Assembly: GCF_009914755.1 (NCBI RefSeq)
Contig: NC_060939.1
Length of the DNA: 64,000 bases
Direction: 5' to 3' (one strand)
Source of the DNA: the human T2T-CHM13v2.0 reference genome, Homo sapiens
Under the pieces are notes generated by a model that was not told the DNA's origin, made no database searches, and saw only the letters and a program-made list of their open reading frames with translations. Both the position numbers and the translations under genes were made by a program. This document shows, piece by piece, positions 1 to 15,950 of this stretch; within the stretch, counting starts at the first letter, position 1, and each line of letters opens with the position of its first letter.

Positions 1-202
<202 letters not shown>

Positions 203-1043
203 TCTGTTAAATGAATAGCCAGTGGGTTTCTATTTTCCTGACTTATAAAGAAATTAAATAATTTACTCAAGGACATGCAACAAGGAAATGACAGAATTAG
301 AATTCAAACTAGCTCCACTGAACTTCAGAGGTCCAGCTGTCACCTCCCACCCTGAGAGCTGCTCTGTGGCTGGCTTAGAGGCTGTGAGAGAAAAGAGACA
401 CATGTCTGTCTGCATCACATCTCTGTCACTAGCTTTATTCTAGAATCCTCTTTCAAAGACAAAAATATCTTTACAATAATTAAAAACAACCTTAAAGAAA
501 AAATGACTACTGGCATGTGAAATGGTTTAAGTATGGTACATTCCAAAAGTGCTTGAGGGTGATTACTTTTAATGCTAATTAAAAGTAATCTGAATTCTTG
601 AAACAAGAATATTTCTTATAGGCCAGTACAGTCATTAGAATGAAGTTACATTTCACAGTATTCAATATTTTAAGGGAAAATTCATAACTTTATACTAATG
701 CACGTATTTATAGTATACTCCAGATCATAATTAGTTGCCTAAAGGAGAAATAGCTTAAAGATCTATGTGATAGATATTGTATAGCTTCTCCAGCTTATGC
801 ACTTTAGAATGTGGGAAACCTAGAGTGCAGTATGGTGTCGAATAAAGCATTGCAGAGAAAAGCTGAAGCTTTTATCTCATCTGGATCTAGAATGGGAGCC
901 CTGTTCCACTTCCCACTTCTCCACCAAGCCTGGAGCCTATTTCATCTGTCAATACCTACTTCATAGTCTTAAAAGTGAGGCCTATGAATGGACAATGGCT
1001 AACACAGAGAAGACACTTAATGTATTTTATAGTTATTCTTATG

Positions 1044-1072
1044 CACACACACACACACACACACACACACAC
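1044..1072. repeat. (CA)n microsatellite
   Basis: About 14 CA units read directly. Confidence 0.95.
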
Positions 1073-1270
1073 CACCAAATGTTTTGTAAAGTATAAAAGT
1101 CATATTGAATGAAACATACCATGTACAGGATGAGGAGATAAATTATTCTAAAGATGCAACTCTTTATTAAGTTCCTGTTGAAATTTAATGCAACCCAAAT
1201 AAAAATTTCAAAGAATTTCTGTAGCATTCAGTAATCCCATTTTTTAAATGGGATTACCGAATGTGCATTA

Positions 1271-1545
1271 CAGCAGCTCACACCAGTAATTCCAGCACTT
1301 TGGAAGACCAAGGAAGGAGGATCGCCTGAAGTCAGGAGTTTGAGACCAGCCTGGGCAGCAAAACAAGACCCTATCTCTACAAGAAAATAGCTGTGTGCGG
1401 TGGTACGTACCTGTAAGTCCCAGCTACTTGGGAGGCTGAGGCGGGAGGATCACTTCAGCTTAGGAGTTCAAGGCTGCAGTGAGCTATGATCATACCACTG
1501 CACTCCAGCCTGGGCAACGGAGCAAGACCTTATCTCAAAAACAAA
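1271..1545 (+). mobile_element. AluJ-like SINE
   Basis: Dimeric Alu; GGAGTTCAAGGCTGCAGTGAGCTATGAT is a J-type right arm. Confidence 0.9.
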
Positions 1546-2165
1546 GTTCTTTAAAGTGCTAATTAAGAGGGAAATACCCAAAGCAGAAAGATAAAGCCCT
1601 CTCTAATCCTATCTGCTAGAAGTAACCACTGTTAACCGACTGGCAAATACTCTTAGACTTTTCTCTATATATACACAAATACACCTGTAACCTCATCTGT
1701 AGCTATTATTGTAGGAGGGTGAGTTTGTTCCACCTATAACCACAGGGTTTCTATTACGCATTAAGCACATATGAATCATCCAGAACTGTGTGTAAAGAGT
1801 CCTGGATCTGAGCAGGGAACCCGTAAACCTAGAAGCATCCTTATCCTCTTTCTCCACACCCCTGCCCAAACACGCACATGGCACAGTGGAACCCTTCTGC
1901 TCCCAGTGGGATCAGCCTGGACTCTGGGAGTTAAGTGATCAGTCACCAGTGTGTGGCCTGGGTTTTGGCTTCTCTGTTCTACTGATAAAAGCCACTACAT
2001 CTACAGGTGTGTATTTAACTGCACCATTTCCAGGTAACAAGCCTTGAGGATAACATTTTCCTCTAAATGCATTCAATGCCAGTATCCCATACAGTCTAAA
2101 TAACCTTTACCATTGTCTGGGACAAAGCCCTGGCAAGGAGCAATAGGCACTCACAGAGGGTGACT

Positions 2166-2537
2166 ATCTTAGTCCACTTTTGCTGCTATAACAGAATACC
2201 TGAGACTAGGTAATTTATGAAGAACAGAAATGTATCCTCACAGTTCTGGAAGCTGGGATGTCAAAGACCAAAGCACTGGCATCTGGGGTGGGCCTCCGTA
2301 CTGTGCCCTCACATGGTGGAAGGTAGAAGGGCAAGAGAAGAACTCACTTTCACATGGCAGAAGAGCTGAAGGCAAACCCACTCCTGCAAGCCCTTTTGAT
2401 AATGGCATTGATCCATTGATGAGGGCAGAGCCCTCATGACCTGAGCACCTGCCAGAGGCCACACCTCACAGCACTGTTGCACTGGGGATTAAGTTCTCAA
2501 CACATGCATTTTGGAGACGACATATTCAAAGCTAACA
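2166..2537 (-). mobile_element. ERVL-MaLR solo LTR (MSTD/MLT1A-like)
   Basis: TCTTAGTCCACTTTTGCTGCTATAACAGAATACC...CACAGTTCTGGAAGCTGGGA...CATATTCAAA resembles a reverse MaLR LTR. Confidence 0.85.
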
Positions 2538-2764
2538 ATGATTAAATGACATTTAGTAAAAGGACTATTTTCGAAGGTGTGGCCCAGGCAAAGGGACAAC
2601 AAGGAGTGGTGAGGCACCCCGGGGGTTTGTTTTATTTTCTCTCACACTGGTCTTGCTCTCATTCTCTCCTTTTTCTCCCTCTGCCTTCTACTGCAGCCTC
2701 TAGCACAGACATTTGCATTTACTGAGTAAATATATGCCTGATATAACTCCACTGTACCTTATAA

Positions 2765-3186
<422 letters not shown>

Positions 3187-4311
3187 TGAAGCTGGCTTTT
3201 CTTAGCCTCTTGGATTCCTCCACACCAGCATCCCTGGTGAGGGTTTGCCACATTGTGCGATGCTGCTCTCAGGGCACTGGACACACTAATGAGTTAACAC
3301 ATGGGTACCCCGCATGGTTGGCTGGGATGAGTGCCTGAAACTGCCTCTCAAGATTTGAATGTGGTGTTGCCCGCAGGCTCATACCCTTTTCCCTCTGGTC
3401 CCTTGTACACCTACATTTCTCACAATGCCTAAGAGCATTTCTTCAGGAGGAGACCGGGGCTGTCACCTGCCTCTCCCATACACATCCATGCAGAAAGCTG
3501 GAGCAGCCTGTGAGTTTGGCCCGGATCTTCAGGATCACTGATGCCTCAGCCCATGGCCAACACTTCACCTGTCTGATTATAGCCTCTTTGGATTTGCTTT
3601 TGATATACCAGCCCAGGTTCAAGAGCAGCCAGCTACCTTTTATCATCGTCCAACTGAGGTAACCACCATGGTGGAGAAGATTCCACTGGGGATGAGTCAG
3701 CTCAGCACCTGCAATGGCTCCTGCCTACACTTTGTCTAAGGCGCAACCTGTTTTCTCCCTCACAACCCCCTTGTACTCCGCCTCACTTGAAATGTGTTCA
3801 AATCCCACTAAATAATTAGAAATCATTGTGCCCACTACTTGCCGAGCGATCAGGAACCCGGAACACTTCCTCTACTCTCCTTACCCTCCCAAAGTCCCCA
3901 TCCATAGCCAGCCCTTGGCATACCCTAGATCAAGGAACCCTCTGCTTTCAACCCACATTCCACTTAGTAGAATCCTGAGAATTCTCCAGAGCCCCTCTGA
4001 TACATTCCATCTTGTAGCTCTTCCTTAACTGAATCCAATTCACGCCACCACCACCCACTCCCTGGGCCAACTCTGCCTCCTCCACCAAAGCCTTCACTTT
4101 TCATTCCTGGGAGAATCACGGGCCTCATCACCTGCTTCTCCTCCCATCCTGGTAACTTGAAGTGGCATCAACAGGAGCTTCTGTCTGCTGTGGTCTTCCT
4201 GCCAGTTCAGACACATCGCTGGCAGACCTGTTTCCCTTCTGAGAGTAGGCGAACTCTCCCACACAGTCTGCCTAGATTCACCAATTGTTAATATCTTACC
4301 TCACTTGCATA

Positions 4312-4464
4312 ATACAGACATATATATACATTTTGACTATATGTACATATGCTTTAAATACATATGTATGATATATACATACATACACATATATGTTTAT
4401 ATGTGTATGCATATATGTATAGGTATGTATACATGTATATATGTGTATGTATGTATATATGTGT
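4312..4464. repeat. (TA/TG/CA)n low-complexity tract
   Basis: ATATGT/ATACAT-type alternating sequence. Confidence 0.85.
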
Positions 4465-4619
4465 AGCTGAACCATTTGAGAGTCCACTGAAGACATCATG
4501 CCTCTTTGAAATACTTCAGTGTGGATCTTAAGAACAAGGATGCTTTCTTACATAACCTCAATACAATGAACGGAGGAAATTCAACACTATAATAATACCA
4601 CTATATAATATATAGATGA

Positions 4620-4905
4620 GGCCGAGCGTGGTGGCTCACGCCTGTAAACCCAACACTTTGGGAGGCCGAGGTGGTGGATCACGAGGTCAGGAGTTCGAGA
4701 CCAGCCTGGCCAATATGGTGAAACCACAACTCTACTAAAAATACAAAAATTAGCCAGGCATGGTGGCACGCACCAGTAGTCCCAGCTACTCAGGCGGCTG
4801 AGGCAGAAGAATCACTTGAATCCGGGGGACAAAGGTTGCAGTGAGGCGAGATCGTGCCACTGCCCTCCAGCCTGGGCGACAGACTGAGACTCCATCTCAA
4901 AAATA
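4620..4905 (+). mobile_element. AluS-like SINE
   Basis: Full dimer starting GGCCGAGCGTGGTGGCTCACGCC. Confidence 0.95.
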
Positions 4906-4929
4906 TAGACAGATGATAGATAGATAAGT

Positions 4930-4978
<49 letters not shown>

Positions 4979-4990
4979 CATAGATAGATG
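4906..4990. repeat. (AGAT)n tetranucleotide STR at the Alu tail
   Basis: 11 perfect AGAT units at 4934-4977 with degenerate flanks. Confidence 0.95.
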
Positions 4991-5941
4991 ATATTCAAAT
5001 TTTAACAATTGTCTCAACAACATCCTTTGTAGCATTTTTTTTTTCCTAATCTTCCTTCCAGTTCAAGATCCCCACTGCACTGAGCTGTCATGTCTTTCTG
5101 AGTCTCCTTTCTCCTGGAAGACTTGCTTGACCTTTTTCCTTCAGGACATTGACATTTTTGAAGAGTACAGGCAGACATTTTGTAGACTGTTATTCAATTC
5201 GAATTTGGTTGTTTCTTCATGGTTAGATTCAGATTAGGGCATATTGGCAGGAATGCTACAGAAGTGATACAGCTCCTCGGCATATTCAATTCTGGCAGGA
5301 GAAGCTTTGAAGAAATCAGTTTAAATTCTTCTCTCTGGAGTTCTCCTTCCTTTCTGCCATTTGAGCAGATAGGAGATCCTGGCCTCCTTACCTCAGGGGA
5401 GATTTGAGGCAGGGCAGGAAGTGGTAGTCCCTTCAAGGCCCCTTCCTGGCTTTTATTTCCAAAAGCATAGGCTTATTGAGACAAGATAGACGGACTTTGA
5501 AGGAAGCAGAGGTGGGGAAAGAATTGTCTCAGACCCAAAGGAAATTCTTCCAGGGTAGAGACAGGAGAGAGAAGTGTGTGATTCCTACTAGGAAACAGGA
5601 CCAGCATCCTATTCCCTGGCAGACCTCACGAGGTGGCAGGACCTCAGAGGGAAGCACTGTGCGATGCCCCAGGCAGGCTGCATCCTACGCCTGGGCCCCA
5701 AACTTAACAAAGGCTTCTGTGCTCCCAGTAGAAGAAGGCCCAACACAGCTGGCAGCCCTGGAGCACGGTACAGACTAAGACAGTGGGGGCCTCCTCACTG
5801 CAACCTGGGGGCCTCACCAGTGCCTCGCTCCAAGAATGGCCAGAACCTCTGTGCTCCCCTAGGACATCAGCACAGCCCTAGCGATGACTGCCCAGCAGTC
5901 ACCGGACTTGAAGGTTAAATTAAGTTTATTTAAGAAAAGCA

Positions 5942-6620
<679 letters not shown>

Positions 6621-8645
6621 TCAGGCCTGCTGAACACACCCCTCACTGCAGCCTGTCTACCAGGTGTGGGCCCAGCTTTACATAGTTCATGCTGAGGCCG
6701 GGATTTCATGCAGAAAACTGGTTGCAAAAGGTGCTGAAGGGGCTGGGGGAGCACAAGGGAGAAGGAGATCACCCAGACATCAGGATGCTGGCACCCGACC
6801 GGCCAGCACGGCACTGGCCTGTTGGAGGCTTTGCCACTGTGCTGATGGGGCTGCGCGGGGTCCTGATCGGGAACCAGGAGCCCACACCCTCTGGCTGCTG
6901 CCGTGGCCAGAGGTCCCTTCAAGGGGCCGGAGGCCACAGAGGCTCATTTCTTCTTCCTGCTTTCACCTTCTATCAGTGCCTCTCGCAGGCAGACCCCCAG
7001 CAGAAGCAGCTGGCAGAAGGAGGGTCTTGGAAATGTAGTCTGGCTTCTGCCTCCACTGCTGCACTCCAGGCCTGCAACACCGAGGACTCCGCAGAAGAGG
7101 AGAGAAGGACCGCCGGCCCTTCCACACACACCCGGTGCCATCTGGTCCATGGCCATTTGCCTTGGCTGCCAGGAAAGCACCCTCCAGTCAGCCTCTCACC
7201 TGCAGTGGAGGATGTAAATGTTAACCAAAACCAACAGAAAAGAATGGAATATGAGCCACACCTGCACAGGTGCGGGCCGGCTCTGGGCCACACATGGCCA
7301 AGGTTGGCCTTACTGTTCAAATTGTCGGCCGTGGAATCCATGGTTAGGAAAACCTGATGCTTTATTTTGTTTCTTTAGCAACCATTCAGGATGACTTCCT
7401 TACATTTTTTCAATTTCGATTTGTTCTATATTTCCTAGGAGATAGGGCAGAAATATTTGACTCGAGTGCTACACAAAACAGGAAATTGCATTTCACCGGG
7501 TTTTATTATTGCTGGTTCCCTTTAGCTCCTAGTGCACTTCCAAGTCAAATGTCTGCCTTTGAACAAGTGGCAAATTTAGAGGTAATTCAGAGACATTTAT
7601 TGACAGCCTGCTGCTACTGGCCTGACCCTAAGAATTTAAAAAGAAAAGGAAAGAAGAGAAAAAGAAAAAATTGACACAGTCCTTATCTTTAAGTAGCTTA
7701 CAGTTTTGTTTAGGAATGAGGCTTCTGCACATGCAACTTGAAGAAACAAATAGAAACAGTATAACATATTCTACAGTTTTGAAGTCTGTGATGCAGATTC
7801 TAAGGATGACAGAACAGCTATCTCTAAAAGGATTATATTTGGAAGGCAAGGAGAGGGCAGGGCAAGTTCCTAGCATGAAGAACTCTGACAGCAAAAGAGA
7901 GAAGTGAACAGGCACCTGGGAGCTGGCAGTAAGATTGCTCAGCTGCCTGAGGGAAATGCAGGTCATATGCTTGAGGGTCTTGAACATCAGTTTGAGAAAA
8001 TTGAACTTCATTCTAAAATAGCCAAAATGTGGTCACGAAAGCAATGACAATTATAAACCATGTTGTCATCATTCTGGTTTTATAAAATATCACATATAAG
8101 CAGCCTAAAAGATGCAATATTTTAATCAACCTGACTCTTAAGTAATTAAGTTCTGTAAGACTAATAATTAGGTGTTTATAAAATACTGATTCGTTAGGTA
8201 TTAGAGAGCAAATATTTTATCTTATACCTCAATGTATTTTTTTCTCCTAAAATACAAAGTATAAATATTCCCCACTCTGTGACTCCATTTGATTCCTGAG
8301 TAGGGGAAGTGAGATTAGATAGAGTGCTGTCCATTTCTATGTGGCCCCTAAATTCTTGAATTAGGAAAGCAAGGGATTCAAGCTCTAACTCAAAAATGTA
8401 TCCCATTGTCTTCCGTCCCTGAATGCATATGGGGAGGGTTAAGAAAGCAAAGCTGGTCTATACCAAACTTTCCAGGGCTCCTTCCCTCCTTCCATTCCCA
8501 CCCCCACTTTCCTCCCTGCTCCCCAGGGCCTGATCCAACCTGCCCGAGTAAATAGCCAAGGCCCCAATCCAGGTCAGCATCTTCTATCAACTGCTTTTAG
8601 GTGGGGAAGCTGATAATCAAGCCTTCAAACCCACCTGCTACTCAG

Positions 8646-8720
8646 GCGCGCGCGTGCGCGCACACACACGTACATACGCACGCGTGCGCGCGCACACGCA
8701 CACACACACACACACACACA
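8646..8720. repeat. 75-bp perfect alternating purine-pyrimidine tract (CG/CA/TG), Z-DNA prone
   Basis: GCGCGCGCGTGCGCGCACACACACGTACATACGCACGCGTGCGCGCGCACACG(CA)n; 14 CpG. Confidence 0.9.
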
Positions 8721-8755
8721 GAGACACACTCGTTCTGTTGTTAACTTTGAGAAGA

Positions 8756-8806
8756 GTCCCTCTAGTGGCCACCTGTACAACACCCTGTGGGACCCAGATG
8801 TCGCTG
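8756..8806. promoter_or_regulatory. Two candidate CTCF-like motifs, divergent orientation
   Basis: Minus strand TGGCCACTAGAGGGAC (8756-8771); plus strand GACCCAGATGTCGCTG (8791-8806); motif resemblance only. Confidence 0.4.
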
Positions 8807-9141
8807 AATGGCTGACATTGGTAGGTTTCCTCACAGTGGCTACCTACACTTTAGGTTTTCTGAGTGGGAGAGGTGGGAGAGGAAATGAAGAGTCGGCTTT
8901 AGCCAGATTGTGAGGACTTTTGTGGCTGGACTAAGGACTTTGGCCTTTTCCTTATAGCAATGTGAGATGTTGGGCATCCAAAGTTTTAGAGGAGACAGTG
9001 AAGTGATCAGTTCTCGATTTAATAAAGACAATGCTTGCCTTCAGTACTTGGGTGACTATCAGAGGGTAAATGATGATAATGAAGTAGCTAGCTTAAGACA
9101 GAAAAAGTAAGCCATAAAAATAAAATAAAATAAAATAAATA

Positions 9142-9588
<447 letters not shown>

Positions 9589-9739
9589 TCAATCCCCAAG
9601 GACAGTGTGTCTCCTTCTCCATCACCGCTCTCCCACGGTTTGAGACAGGGACATCTGTGTAAATGGAGATCAAGGACAATTGAAAAGGGAAGAAAACAGG
9701 AAGTTACCACCAAAAGACACTGAGGACCATATAAATTAG

Positions 9740-10170
9740 GATTAGTAAGTTCATCTCAAAGAAAAAATTCCAAAATAACAATGGGGCTTCACAGATATAA
9801 TCACTTTTATTTTTGTGGGTTTTTTTTTCTCTTTTTCATGTAAAAGTCTAGGGACAAGCAATTCAGGGCTGGATTGTGGCTCTGTCCCTCCCACTTCTCA
9901 GGAAACCAGCCCATTTCCATCACTATTCTGCTGTCCTTAGAAAGTAGTTCTTATCTTCATGGTCCAAAATGGATGCCAGAACTCCAGCCATCACATCTAT
10001 GTTCCAGGCAACAAGGTAAAGGGGAGATCAAAGAGAAGGGGAGGAGCACGTGCTAGCACATTTTAAGGAAGTGTCCTAGAAGCTGGAACAGCAATTCTGC
10101 TTACATATCATTGTCCAGGCCTTAATCACCTGACCCCACTAAGTGCAAGGGAGGCTGGGAAATTCTGGAA
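9740..10170 (-). mobile_element. Old MaLR LTR (MLT1J/K-like)
   Basis: CAAAATGGATGCCAGAACTCCAGCCATCACATCTATGTTCCAGGCA...TGCAAGGGAGGCTGGGAAAT. Confidence 0.7.
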
Positions 10171-10433
10171 GCCAAATGATAAAGTATGTCTGTTGGGAAG
10201 AGGGTGGTGGGTTTCTTTGAGTCCCAGCCAGTGACCTTATCTTCTTCTTACTTTTTCTGTCCCTAATGCCCATCGTCTGCTGCCAGTGTCCAAAGCCTAT
10301 GTTGTGCCAGTGCTCCACAAACCTCTTCTTCCAATGTGTTCTGCAAATAAACAGGACTGCTGCTGCTGTATATTTACTGCTAGGGGCTCAAGTGCAGGAG
10401 GTACCTTCAGAATAAGGCTTTTATGTTCTAGAA

Positions 10434-11060
<627 letters not shown>

Positions 11061-11134
11061 CCCTAAAAGACGAAGGCATAGGATAATCATTATAAATGTC
11101 TTAGATATATGACATTGTAAACGACTAGTGGTGG

Positions 11135-11270
11135 TGCTGAGCTAAGTCCTGTACACAATCCTCCCATTAACACATGCATAGATAGCATCTGATTTTATAG
11201 ATGAGGAAACTGAGGCCCAGAGAGGCTAATTAACTTATCTAAGATCACACAGCCAGTAAGTGATCAAGCC
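11135..11270 (-). mobile_element. MIR fragment
   Basis: ATTTTATAGATGAGGAAACTGAGGCCCAGAGAGG...AAGATCACACAGC core. Confidence 0.85.
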
Positions 11271-11424
11271 TCATGCAGTTTGTGTCAAGTCGCAGCACTG
11301 TGTCAAACTGACAAGGCTGTGGAAACTGCATGAGGAGGCTGGAAGGAAAGATTGAAAGAACAAGGAGGGAATATCCTACGAAGGCTCAAGGGGACACAGA
11401 GGCAGATGCCTGCCCAGAGCAACT

Positions 11425-11625
11425 TGGTGGTAAAGAGTAGACTCTAGGGTCAGAAGCCAGGTTCAAATCCCCACTCCACCATCTGTTAGCTGTGTGGACT
11501 TAAGCAAGTCATAGGACCTCTCTGAGCCTTATTTCTCTCATCTGAAAAATAAGGATAATGATATTACTTCCCTCATGGAGTTGCTTGGAGTGAAGTGCTT
11601 AGCTGGCACCTGGCACAGAGTCACA
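11425..11625 (+). mobile_element. MIR
   Basis: GGTTCAAATCCCCACTCCACC...AGCTGTGTG...CTCTCTGAGCC...CTCATCTGAAAAAT. Confidence 0.85.
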
Positions 11626-12219
11626 TTATTGTCAAATAGAGGTCCAAGGAGTTTAGGATGAGGGACAATCTGTGTCCTTACTGTGAGGAGGCAGGAGAAA
11701 GGGGCTTTGGGAATGGCATTGCTATTTCAGGAAGTATTCAAATACTTAAACAGAAACTCTTGGGCCTGTGCTAGATGGGAGGAAAGAACCCGGGAAATTG
11801 AACTTGCTGCTTTGGGCTTTCACACCATGCACTGGGCTGTGGGTGGAGAGGGTTGGAGAAGAGAGAACAAGACCCCACCCAGGGGAGCTGCCTAGCTTGT
11901 GGGAAGATGAAACACTTAGATTTGAAAACTAAGAGATCATGTGCAAAGCCGTATTTCGTTACCTCCTGCCTCCAGCCCTGCTCAGCCACAATCACAAAGA
12001 CATTTTCAGGAAATGAAACCCCCTAAACACAGCAGGCAGGATACTGGGAGCTCCAGCTCAACCAGATCAGGGCTTGAGAAGCATAGGTTTAGAGATTGAC
12101 TACACAACAGAATCCCTGGGCAGCTTGTTCTCAAATATAGATAGCTGGGCCTCACCCTCTTGGAGATTTCTATTCCGCAGGTATGGGGAGGGTCCCAGGA
12201 ATATGCAGCTTAAAACTTT

Positions 12220-12600
12220 TTTAAAAAAACTTTTTATTTGGAGATAATTGTAGGTTTACATGCAATTGTAAACAAAGTACAAAAAGATCCTGTAGGCCTT
12301 TCACCTACCTTTCCCCGGTGGTAACACCTTGCATGACTATAGTACAATATCACACCCAGAAAATCAACATTGATAAAATCCAGCAACTTTATTCAGATTT
12401 TACCAGTTTTAACATGAGCTCATATGTGTGTGTCCTTAGTTCTGTGTGATTTTATCACATGTGCAGATTCATGTAACCGCCACACAGTGAAGACAGGCAG
12501 TTGCATCACACAGATCTCTTGTGCTACCTTGTGTATCTGAAGCCACTTCCCTTCCTCCCTCACCACATCCCTAACTCCTGGCAACCGCTAATCTTTTCTA
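12220..12600 (-). mobile_element. L1M (MB/MC-type) 3' end fragment
   Basis: TTTTATTTGGAGATAATTGTAGGTTTACATGCA...CCCTAACTCCTGGCAACCGCTAATCT. Confidence 0.8.
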
Positions 12601-12677
12601 AGACAAATATTTTTTGTAGCCTTTTCAGGTAACTGTGGACATTCTTTGATACTCTGTAAGTAGTGCCTCTCTCTCTC

Positions 12678-12972
12678 CTTTTTTTAGACAATCTCCCTCT
12701 GTTGCCAAGGCTGGAGTGCTGCGCTGTGATCATGGCCCACTGCAGTCTTGAACTCCCGGTCTCAAGCAATCCTCCCATCTCAGCCTCCACCTCCCCGTGA
12801 GTAGCTGGGACTATAGGTGTGCACCACCACACCTGGCCAATTTTTAAGTTTTCTGTGGAGACAGGGTCCCACTATGATGCCCAGGCTGGTCTCAGATTTC
12901 TGGGCTTAAGCAATCCACCCACCTCCGCCACTCAAAGTGTTGGGATTACTGGCATGAGCCACCTCGCCTGGT
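12678..12972 (-). mobile_element. AluJ-like SINE
   Basis: Reverse, diverged dimer. Confidence 0.9.
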
Positions 12973-13021
12973 CATTTGTTTGTTGTTGTTGTTGTTTATC
13001 TTCAGAGATAATTACTTTGCG

Positions 13022-13393
13022 TAACTGAAACTGTGTACCTTTTGACCAACACCTTCCCAATCCCCCTGCCCACAGCCCCTGGCAGCCACCATTCTGCTCT
13101 CTGCTACTGTGTGTGACTACCTTAGAGCTCACATTCCAGAGGTCATGCAGCATCTCTGGCTGGCTTATTATTTCACTTAGCAGCATAATATCCTCCATAC
13201 TCATCCATGTTGTCGCAAATGCAATATTTTCTTCTTTTTAAAGGCTGGATAGTATTCCAGCATGCATATATACCACATTTTCTTTATCTGTTATCTATTG
13301 AGGGACACTTAGTTTGATTTATGTCTTGGCAATTGTGGCTATGTGCTGCAATCAACACAGGTGTGCAGCTATTTCTTTGAGGTCTAGATTTCA
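13022..13393 (-). mobile_element. L1MA/MB 3' fragment
   Basis: TAACTGAAACTGTGTACCTTTTGACCAACACC...ATATACCACATTTTCTTTATC. Confidence 0.85.
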
Positions 13394-13462
13394 CAGGAAT
13401 ATGAATTTTAACAAACACACCAGGTGATTCTGATGCATGCCAAGACTTTAGAAGCATGGCAG

Positions 13463-13838
<376 letters not shown>

Positions 13839-14734
13839 TTAAACTGCAACTAGGCTTCCAGGGAATCATGAAATAAATGTTGACTTTGTTTTTAATTTTC
13901 CAAACCCCAGTTAAATTCAACAAAACTGATTGAGAGTAATAAAGGGTGTAACAGAATGAGACCCTGATCTAAGCAGGCTCTTGAGCCAAAAGAGGGACCA
14001 AGGAGGTCGCAGGGCAGCTGTCTGGGTAGAGAAGGGGTGTTACTCATCCCCTGCTGCGGGGACACCGAAGCTCTGCAGATCAACTGTCCCAGCCTCATCT
14101 GCAGGAGAGGAGCGAGGGTGCGGGACTCAGCTGGGAGGGCCCCAGGACCCCTGCCTCAACAGCACAGTGGGGTGAACCTGAGGTGCAGACTGGCCCTTTG
14201 CTCCCCTGCGGCAGGGAGCTAATGAAGTTTTTCTAAACCGGTTTACTGGGCCACAGATATTGTCATCCATGGAGAACTCGAATTGTCAGAATCACCAAAG
14301 ATTCTAAAGCATAGATGGTGCTGGTTCACTAGGCTCCACCGGACTCCTCCCCTTCTGACGCTCAGAGGCAAAGATCCTTTTCCTGATTTCAGGAGTGGGG
14401 CCGAGAACGGCCACAAGGAAATCGCATGAGCAGGGAGAGGATCATGGCAGTTCTGGGTGAGAACTCTGACTTCTGCGGATTAGAGGGCCCACGTGACGGT
14501 AATGGCCAGCCTTAGGGCCGGTGGGCAAGGGTCTGCGGCGGGGCGGACCCCACCTAGGTTTGCATGCTGACCCCGAGAGGCAGCAAGAGAAAGCAGAAGT
14601 TGTTTTCTGCCTGCAGTGGAGGATCAGGCGGTGCCTTTCCCTGTTGCTTCCTTCTTGGGGCCCTGAGATCCTATTCACCCTGCAAGGAAACAAAAAGGCA
14701 ATTAAATGAGTGGGACTAGAAAAGACTGATGGGA

Positions 14735-15070
<336 letters not shown>

Positions 15071-15612
15071 CTATTGAGTAAGAGCCACAGAGAAAATAAG
15101 AGTAGAAACGGGAGTGAGGGTAAAGAAAAGGGAGATGTGAGCAGATACCGGGAAAAGGAGAAGAGGGCAAGCCCGCTTTAGAAAGAGCAAGAAAGCTGGT
15201 CAGTCAGGGTTCACCGTCTCAGCTTCTGAACCACATGGCCTGTCCGTGGGCTCTCTGACCTGGCAGGGCCTTCTTTGGGGCCAGGCAGGCTGGAAGCAGG
15301 CCTGTGGTCTTCCTCAGAAGGTGAAAGCTTTAGACATGGGGACAAGAAGACAAGGAGAGGAAGCCATTGGAGCAGCAGAGAAGGGGGTGGAGGAAGTGAT
15401 CCTCCCTCATGATGTGGAACACGCAGTGGACAATGGGGATAACAGCACCCACTCTAAGGTTATTGAGAATAAAACAAGACAAGGCCTGTGCAGTAGCTAC
15501 CTCAGCAGCATCCCCCAAGGACTGTTCTGAGAATGGTGATGACAGCCTGCACCATCCAGGGGGTCATGGGGACAGTATGGAGTTGATCCCAGAAGCATAT
15601 AAGAGGCAGTCA

Positions 15613-15950
<338 letters not shown>

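Larger units (their letters stand above)
4275..5275 (-). mobile_element. Old L1 3' end (L1MC-like), interrupted by a TA/TG low-complexity tract and an Alu
   Basis: CTGAACCATTTGAGAGT...GACATCATGCC...AAGAACAAGGA...TTGAAGAGTACAGGC...GGCAGGAATGCTACAGAAGTGAT. Confidence 0.7.
12085..13460. mobile_element. MER5A-like DNA transposon split in two (~12085-12205 and ~13394-13460) by L1/Alu insertions
   Basis: CAGAATCCCTGGGCAGCTTG...GGTATGGGGAGGGTCCCAGGAATATG, resuming at CAGGAATATGAATTTTAACAAACACACCAGGTGATTCTGATGCA. Confidence 0.7.

Noticed and set aside
6689-7357. 222-aa ORF, the longest in the track
   Set aside because: It has no recognisable domain. Several overlapping ORFs on both strands reflect local GC richness, and part of the region looks like a decayed LTR. 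PhyloCSF or Ribo-seq support would be needed.
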